Positions 56,291 to 64,000 of a DNA stretch of 64,000 nucleotides are shown piece after piece (position 1 is the first letter of the stretch; each line of letters starts with the position of its first letter). The position numbers were made by a program, and so were the translations under genes. The notes beneath the pieces were generated by a model. It was not told the origin of the DNA. It did no database searches and worked only from the letters and a program-made list of their open reading frames with translations. The stretch spans positions 14,570,001 to 14,634,000 of the forward strand of contig OZ024766.1 in the NCBI GenBank assembly GCA_964016885.1, written 5' to 3'. This stretch comes from Eledone cirrhosa. Its lineage: Eukaryota.

Positions 56291-56694
56291 ATTTCATAAA
56301 TGAATCTCACCACTTCCACTCATATCTTAAGAAATGTAGCATTCAGTTGGTAAAGTAATAAGATGTATGAAAGCGTAAGACTGATCTTGCAAGAATAAAA
56401 AGCAAGTGCTTACATATATATATGTGTGTGTGTATATATTTTTTTATTTTTGTTAAGGAGAGAGAAGCTCTATTCACAATAACATCCTCAGCTCATAAAA
56501 CAGACGAATAAGTCTTCGTAATTTAAGGTTCTTGAGGACAGTTCAGGTGACAGAATTAATATCCATAATTTCAAAAGACGACGTGTGTGTTGAACAACCA
56601 ATGTTGAACAACCACCTCAATATTTAATAATACAGGTGATAAAACAACAACTATAAGGTAAATAAGTCACCTTATGTTATTTACAAACATTAAC

Positions 56695-57390
56695 GTCCAC
56701 CTTAATATGAAATAATCACCATAAAAGATAAAATTAGATGAGGTTTAAGTTGTAACAATGGAGCTGATATAAATGATAATATTTCACCGTCTAGTTGACA
56801 CCGGTGTCATGACTTAAAAGTCCCCCACATAATTTAATACATTCAGAAACAACTTCCGTTATATTACTTCACACGCTCAATCTATATGTTAGTAATTTAT
56901 TCAGATTTGTATAAATAACATTATTAATGTTACATAACTGTTCATATTAAAACAAAACACATTATTAAAGGTAATAAACTAGAAATGTGAAAAATGAAAA
57001 TGAATGAAGCAACTAAAATAATTGTATGTTTGTGTGTGTGTGAGTATAAATATATATATATATATATATATAATTATTTTTTTTCGTACAATGGCCATAC
57101 TCGATAACGAGGGGGCAGCCATCATATGTGCCTGTGTACATATATAGCAATAATTTAAGTGTTGTGTTGGTAGTTGATCGTGTTATAATGTTGGTTCATT
57201 TCACCTTAATATGAAATAATCACCATAAAAGATAAAATGAGTTGAGGTTTAAGTTGTAACAATGGAGCTGATATAAATGGTAATATCTCACCGTCTAGTT
57301 GACACCGGTGTCATGACTTAAAAGTCCCCTAGATAATTTAATACATTGAGAAACAACTTCAGTTATATCAATTCACACCTTCAATCCAAT
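56695..57390. repeat. Local direct duplication of ~190 bp (56695-56882 and 57202-57388)
   Basis: Both copies read CACCTTAATATGAAATAATCACCATAAAAGATAAA...GACACCGGTGTCATGACTTAAAAGTCCCC. Confidence 0.85.
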
Positions 57391-57510
57391 TTTCGTTAAA
57401 TTCCATCTGATGCTGCTACTCGGCTTTTTCAACTGTACTGATTGGAGATACGTGAAATGAAGCACACACACACACACAGACAGACACAGACACACACACA
57501 CACGCATATA

Positions 57511-57587
<77 letters not shown>

Positions 57588-57997
57588 ATAATAATAAATT
57601 TGAAGACTAAAATCCAAAACAGCGATTCTATATATATATATATGGAGAGAGAGAGAGACATCATTTCACGCGTCTCCAATCAGTTCACCTGAAAAAGATA
57701 TATATATATATATATTAGCAGAAATATATGATTGAGAAAACAAAACTCTTAAATTTTATTCTTTACACCATATTTCATCTGAAAGGGTAACATTCGTTTT
57801 CTGATGTAAGGAATTAAATAAGATTTATATACTCCGTAGAAGTTATATATATATAATATTTATTATTATTTATTCTTCAACCTTTAAATGTAAACATACC
57901 GTTACTCCCTCGGCCCCCTAAAGACCCATTAATAATTGTAAATAGATATCGAGACCTCTATTAACAGTTTAAATCTGCCTTTGCAGCTATATATTCA

Positions 57998-58081
57998 CAT
58001 ATCTGAAGAGATGTCAAATAAAGTGTCGGGTCCCGTCATCTTGATTGTACCCTAACCTGATATCGAAACAATTGTAATATG
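57998..58081 (+). ncRNA. Type I hammerhead ribozyme motif
   Basis: CATAT-CTGAAGA-GATGTCA [41-nt loop] TGATATC-GAAA-CAATTG-TA-ATATG. Stem I is 5 bp, stem II is 7 bp with the G-C closing pair, stem III is the palindrome ACAATTGT, and the triplet is GUA. Confidence 0.8.
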
Positions 58082-58857
58082 ACTTCGATTCTTTTCAATC
58101 TACACTCTGTAAATTACAGCCGTAACCCTGGAATACATCCTAATCGAGACGAACCCCGTAACAACATTGAGTCCTTCTAACGGCGCGTAACTGTAGTTAC
58201 ACACCTAACTATCACATACATACACAGACATATTTACATATAAACACGCATGGGCAACCTGCAGCCCACGAAGCTTTCTGAATGGCTCGCCTAAGTCACC
58301 AAAGTGAAATCTTTCAGATCTTTTACCCCAACTTTTCAGTCGTAATTTATCTTTCAATCATATTTACGATCGAGGAAAACAACGTGTACGAATGCTGAAG
58401 AAACAAATCAAAACAACCTGAGTTACCACCCCTGTTTTTTTTAATGTGGGCACGAATGTAAATTAGCGCTTGTGACCCGCCTGCTGATGAGCCATATCTC
58501 TGTGTCAATGGTGTGGTGGTGTGGAGGAGGTGACCGGAGGTGGAAGAGGAAGTGACGTGAGATGCGTACCCAGGAGCATTGGTGGGCCCTCTTTCGGCTG
58601 TAACCCGCGACGGACGGACGTGCGAATTGCAAACTGCAACTTGGCGAACGGATTATACCCACGTGGATGAGCCTAGCTCGCTGAGTGAGCTTGCAGAATT
58701 GCGGTAAGTGCAGTAGCTTTCTCGTTACAAGCTATTTCGGCATCTGAAGACTTACAATTGAATAAAAACAAAAAAGGAAGAATTATTTTTTTAAGACAAA
58801 GCTGCCGGAAAACAGAGAAGATTCTGTTGTTTGTTACTCATCGCAGGACTAAGGAGA

Positions 58858-59603
58858 TGACGACGAGATTACGGATGAGCGGAGAAGTAATTAGAGCTTT
58901 TACCGGTGAAGGTGACATTGTCGCCTGGATGCGAAAGGTTCGGCTGGTCGCTGAGCTGCAAAAGATAGACGATGTAGCGGGCCTCATCGCACTCCATCTT
59001 GAAGGTGACGCGCTAGCGTTGTACCTCGAGATGGACGACCTCAGCCAGAGGGACGCGCAAAAAATTGAGCGGCGTATGATGGAAGCATTCGAGGAAGGAC
59101 CGCTTACCCGGTTTGCTAAGCTGGCAAGGATTAGGTGAAACGGTGAGCGTGTGGATATTTTTGCAGCGGAGATAAGGCCATTGGCCATGCTGGCTGGGTT
59201 TCAGGTGGAATGCGAACATGCAGTGCGGTTGGCGTTCATAAACGGACTTCCGGATGATATCGCGGTGATACTGCAGAAAATACCTGGCTACAAGGAAGTG
59301 GAGATGTGTGCACTGATAGAGCAAGCCCGCATCATAGCAGAGGATGCCAAGAAGAGTGATGCGGCACTAGCAGTAACGGAGGCGCGGGGCAGCCGACAGC
59401 GAAATGGCGAAAGAGAGACAAACACGGCGCGCAGTCGCCCGCGAACGTTTACAGCTGGTTGTTTTAGGTGCCAGGGCGCGCACATGGCGAGAGACTGTAG
59501 AGAGTCAATGCCGGACATAATTTGTTACCGGTGTAAGCGGCCAGGCCACATCGCTACCAGTTGCGACCAGGAAATGGTCCAAGGGGGGCTACTGCGCCCG
59601 TAG
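58858..59603 (+). pseudogene. Gypsy gag with two zinc knuckles
   Basis: FTGEGDIVAW...LHLEGDAL, CFRCQGAHMARDC and CYRCKRPGHIATSC. In-frame TGA at 59136-59138. Confidence 0.85.
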
Positions 59604-59619
59604 CTACTCCTCGCAAGTA

Positions 59620-60177
59620 GAGGCGCTGCCCGTGGTAAAAATCTTTGTGAGGGGGAAGCCATTACGAGCTCTAGTGGACACCGGCTGTACGACGACACTA
59701 TTGACCACGGGGGTGGTGCAGAAGTGTTGAGGGAAGAGTAGCGTAAAGGCAGTCGACGGTAGGAAGATTGAATGTGGAGGTCGCAGGGAGGTAAAGATGG
59801 CGGGGCGGGGGAACATATCACCAATGGAGGCAGTGTTTTGGTACATGTCCCCTCGGGTGGGACAGGCTGAGGAATCGGTGCCACACAGAGCAATATACAG
59901 ATACGACTGGTGGCACCCGTGCACTGTACCACAACGGCCAGTGGAGAGAGAGAACGCATTCGTACAGGTGGGCGAGGAAGTCTGGGTTAAGCCCCCAGAC
60001 GCACGTTGCACATCTCAATGGGGAAAGGGAACGGTGATGGCCGTAAATTCTCAGAATAACGTGTCCGTGGACGGAGTGCCAAGTCATATCCGGGATGTCC
60101 GTATTGTCGTTGTGTCAACGGACTCCAAGGAAGAGGAAATCCAAAGCGCCGCCCCAACATTACGGGGATCGCAATGA
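59620..60177 (+). pseudogene. Gypsy aspartic protease fused to an integrase C-terminal-like remnant
   Basis: VKIFVRGKPLRALVDTGCTTTL (DTG active site), an in-frame stop, then VGEEVWVK...WGKGTV (GPY/F-like region). No RT or RNase H motifs. Confidence 0.8.
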
Positions 60178-61484
60178 GATCGCTGACCGCCTGGATGGAC
60201 GGCAGATTATCACAAGAAGCAGTGTGAGGGGGAGATTGATCCTTGAGATCAGGGGGGCATGTGGGGATGGTGTGGTGGTTTGGGGGTGACCGGAAGCTGG
60301 AGACGATCGACCGGAGGCGGAAGAGGAAGTGACGTAAGATGCGTACCCAGGAGCATCTGTGGGCCCTCTTTCGGCTGTGACCCGCGAGGGCGGACGTGCA
60401 AATTGCGAGCTGCAACTTGGCAAACGCATTATACCCACGTGGCTGAGCCTATCTAGCTGAGTGAGCTAGCAGAATTGCGGTAGGTGCAGTAGCTTTCTCA
60501 TTACAAGGTTTCCCATGCTTGGTATATATATAGATGCATATATAGACGTTGGGTAGCACCTGTGTGTGCCTTTATGTCTCATAAGATAGTGTTTCGATTT
60601 TGAAAAATGTTCGATAAAGTATTTTAGGAGGTGATCAAATTGTTTGATAAGCAAAGCAATATTTTGATTTCTATTTTAATTTACACTCAAGAGGTGCAAC
60701 ACGGAGTACCGAGCCAGAAATCCAGAAAATCTGAGTAGTGTCACCTATAACTAGAAATACAAGACTTCACTGACCGTTTCCTTACCGAGCCGGTTACTTC
60801 CGAGACCGCTGGTATTCTCGGTTATCCCGGACTGTCGATTTTCTCCATAAAATGCATGAGAATGGAAGCCCTGTGAGATAGAGTGAATGATGTAGCCTGC
60901 GTTGCTGGTTGTTTTCTGCAGCAATGCCTTCGCCATGTTTTTTCTGTGAATTACAGCTGAGATACAGTGATCACTCTTCGGTCTCAAATAATCGTACCCA
61001 GCCCCCATGCTTATTAATTTTTCAGATATTTATTCTTATTCCAATCCAACTGCTTATCAAATTTTGCTAATCTCTCTCAGGTGAAATTTTATATTAAGTG
61101 GTAGCATTCCTCTGATCATTTTTTTTTGGTCATCAAAACCCATTATATATGACAAAAAAAAAGAACATACGTTATAAAATAAGTAGGACGGTTTGGGGTC
61201 TCAATATGTAAAGTAATCAACCAATTATTCTGTCTAAAAAATATCAAGGGAGACAGCATAGAAAAATTACCCCCCCCCCCCCTCCTATTATTTGGGACCC
61301 GAGAGTAAGTGGCTCATTATGATTTATTCTAAGTATATCATTTAAAGAATTAAACATAAAAACAAACATATTCAATATAGAAAATCTCACAATACCATGA
61401 AAAACCATGGACCTTGTGTAAAGATTATTGAAGAGTATCAAATTAAAAACAAAACACTATCAGAGGAAACAAAAAAGGGAGGAA

Positions 61485-61920
61485 GAAAAAGGGATCAAGT
61501 AGCGAAAGAAAGGGAGTGGGAGAAGAACAGACAATAGACCCCAGTCTGAGCAGTGCCCCGTGGTCAAAATGGAAAAGACATTGCCGCGGAGAATGACCAG
61601 AGACACCCACTGCACCAACCACCACACCTCACGAGGTTCTCTCCTTAACCGGACCGCCGTCAGTTTCAATTAAAATATAAAATAATTTAAAAGAAGAGAA
61701 TACAGATATATCTCTGTATTTTAATTGAAACAGATGGTGGCCTGTTTGAGGGGGGATTCTTGTGAGGTGGTGTGGCTGGTGTAGCAGGTGTCTCTGGCCA
61801 TTCTCTGCAGTAATCTATTTTCCATTTTGACCACGGGGCACGGCTGAGCCACCATTCAGACTAGGGACTAGAATCTGTTCTTCCCCCTCTCCATTTCTTT
61901 CGCTACTTGATCCCTTTCTT
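61485..61920. repeat. Diverged fold-back (inverted repeat) element
   Basis: 61485-61678 is an imperfect reverse complement of ~61717-61920 (AAAGGGATCAAGTAGCGAAAGAA / TTCTTTCGCTACTTGATCCCTTT). Confidence 0.85.
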
Positions 61921-62575
61921 TTTTACTTTTCTTTTCATTCCCTCCTTTAGTAGATCGATATAGTTGCACTTACCTAATTAGATAGATTAATTACTGCTTA
62001 TCGACGTCTTTCATCAAGTCTTTCATTTTGTTGAGAATACATTTATGTCCAAAGCGGTGAATTGGCAGAAAATTCCTTGTGGTATTCCTTCAAGATCTGC
62101 GCTCTGTGTTCAAATACCACCGAAGTCAACTTTGATTTTCATCCTATCGAGATCAACAAAATAAAAGTAGCAGTCCAGTACTGGGATCGATTCTTCCTCT
62201 ATATCTCTATCACATACACACCCACTCTCTTGTTCCCCGTATCTATCTATCCTTTCTGAAAAAAATTGACTGTGAAACCAATGCCGTCGAGGGTAGCCTC
62301 TCCTTTCACATTTACGGGGTCTATAAAACAAAGTACCAGTAACGCACTAAGGTAGGTTTATTGGACTACCCCTCCCACCAAAACTATTGTCGTTGTCCCT
62401 AAATCAGTAACAGTTATTACATACGACAGTGAGACGGGTTTTATTTAAAAAATTTATTTAAAAAGTTCAATTACAATAACTTTATTTAATAATATTTACG
62501 AAACTATTTAGGCGAGGTGGGACACAAGTAAACCCTGTTGTAGCATGTAATTGAGTGAGTCTTGTCACTTTTTAA

Positions 62576-62770
62576 CGAAGATGGGCGGGAAAGTTCATAG
62601 GCTGACCATGAAGGAGTGATGCTAGAGCTGTGAAATGTTGAATGCATTAATTTCAACACTTCTTATTAATAACTGAATTGTTTCTTTTCCAGAGACTATG
62701 TTGAAAAATAAACCTCATTTGAACATTCCATGAGAGTATTTTAGTCTATGAACTTTACAGCCGACCCTCA
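62576..62770. mobile_element. Tc1/mariner-type non-autonomous element
   Basis: Imperfect TIRs CGAAGATGGGCGGGAAAGTTCATAGGCTGA / TAGTCTATGAACTTTACAGCCGACCCTCA, followed by TA. Confidence 0.6.
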
Positions 62771-62819
62771 TATGTACCAAGATATTTCTATAGTAAAAAT
62801 ACCAAGTGAAAAAATATAT

Positions 62820-63161
62820 CATCATCATCATCATTTCATTTTACGTCCACTTTTCCCTGCTTCCAAGGGTGGGACGGGAACTAATTCTGGCTTGATTTCT
62901 ACAGCTGGATGCCCTTCCTAACACCAACCTCATTTACAGTGAGTGCTGGGTGCTTTTTTGCCGTGGCACCTCCACGACCACTTTGCAGTGGAATGATAGG
63001 GACATTAGTCCCTATCAACTCACTTCTACAGCTGAGTAAACTGGAGCAATGTGAAATAAAGTGTCTTACTCAAGGAAACAGCACATCAGCCGGTCTGGGA
63101 ATTGAACTCACAACCTTTCGATTGCAAGGCCAATGCTCTAACTACTAAGCCATGTGCCTCC
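62820..63161 (-). mobile_element. Full-length tRNA-derived SINE with RTE-like 3' end
   Basis: Minus strand: A box TGGCTTAGTAGTT, B box GAGTTCAATTCCC, central CCTTGAGTAAGACACTT domain, a 3' part shared with the RTE 3' UTR at ~38640-38850, and a (GAT)n tail. Confidence 0.85.
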
Positions 63162-64000
63162 ATATATATAGTGCAACACTTCAACGAAAACATATATACA
63201 CATATATGTTTGTGTGTAGAGAGAGACAGAACTTACCACTAAATATGAAATATGTTTGAATAGCATTCAGCGTGTAATAACATCACACAGTTTTGATATG
63301 TAATGTATAGACATATTTGAAGAGATGTGAATTTCCCATACATTAATTACAATTAATTTTAGTTTATAGACCTTTCAGTAAATGTCTTTGAATTACTCTG
63401 TACATGTTCTCACACTGAGCCAAGCGTTAAACTATTTGATAATCAAGAACGATAACTCAGAATGACAACTATTATCTGTAGCTGAGTTGTTTCCCATGGG
63501 TGTGTGTGTGTCTACGTGTGTTTATGTATACTTGTGTGTATATGTATACTTGTATACATACATGCTGATGGCTGCAACTAGATTTCGAGTAATGCCATCG
63601 CTTGATACTTAAGTATAAACACCACGGACGTAGCGTTTTAGTCCTACAAGAGACTTGCCTAAGGCCAGGAAGGCCATGCATCGCAAAAATGTCACATATC
63701 AAGCGATGCCTGGGCTCGAAGCTTTTTTAAGTGATGAAAGGTTTAGCAGGGGTCAACTCCCACTCTCTGAACATCGAATGTATTTAACTATAACGAAGAA
63801 TTGGTCTCCATTATTGGGTGCAAACGAAGTCACAAGCTTTATAACAGTGTGACCTTCTAGAGAGGTGTCTTAATGAAGAGCAGGAATGTGACCATTGCAA
63901 CACCCACCCACCTCATGGGGGCTCCTTCCTCAAGTGTGCTGCTGTCTTTCCAATAGTGTATACATAGCATCTCTACAGTATACATATATATGTATAGTAT

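Larger units (their letters stand above)
58501..60505 (+). mobile_element. Internally deleted Ty3/Gypsy LTR retrotransposon
   Basis: Diverged direct repeats at 58501-58729 and 60260-60505 (TGT...ACA), with purine tract AGGGGGGCA before the 3' LTR. Contains gag, protease and an integrase C-terminal-like tail. No TSD is recognisable. Confidence 0.88.

Noticed and set aside
58248-58292. hAT-like terminus ATGGGCAACCTGCAGCCC
   Set aside because: Too short, and no matching opposite terminus or 8-bp TSD was found.
63085-63161. tRNA-like sequence with A and B boxes
   Set aside because: It is the SINE head: it continues into SINE body and tail, and no complete cloverleaf is evident.
63233-63300. Minus-strand GTAAGT donor as a possible first exon of the EGF gene
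   Set aside because: The short upstream frame (MLFKHISYLV) ends in phase 0, which is incompatible with the phase 1 EGF exon, and it has no other support.

Overview
Repeat-dense, AT-rich animal genomic DNA. The SINE families, RTE/CR1/Penelope fragments, (TA)n abundance and single-exon C2H2 zinc-finger genes suggest an octopus or other cephalopod (inference). Bases 1-~36.8 kb are a macrosatellite of ~4.7-5.8 kb units: six complete units plus the start of a seventh, running off the left edge. Each complete unit carries one near-identical 138-bp phase 1-1 minus-strand exon for an 8-Cys EGF-like module (MEGF10/laminin-EGF type), together with SINEs, 13-bp and 33-bp minisatellites, a piggyBac-like MITE and LINE remnants. 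Unit 6 is interrupted by a 5'-truncated Penelope-like element and a 537-bp palindrome. Several type I hammerhead ribozyme motifs (CUGANGA...GAAA...NUH with paired stems) lie in Penelope-derived repeats, and several fold-back palindromes turn inside a hammerhead-like sequence. The right half holds RTE LINE fragments, a duplicated C2H2 zinc-finger cassette (one intact 10-finger ORF, one truncated copy) flanking a 6.7-kb ~89-bp satellite, an internally deleted Ty3/Gypsy element, a mariner-type MITE and a full-length tRNA-derived SINE. Most ORFs in the supplied track are repeat artefacts.
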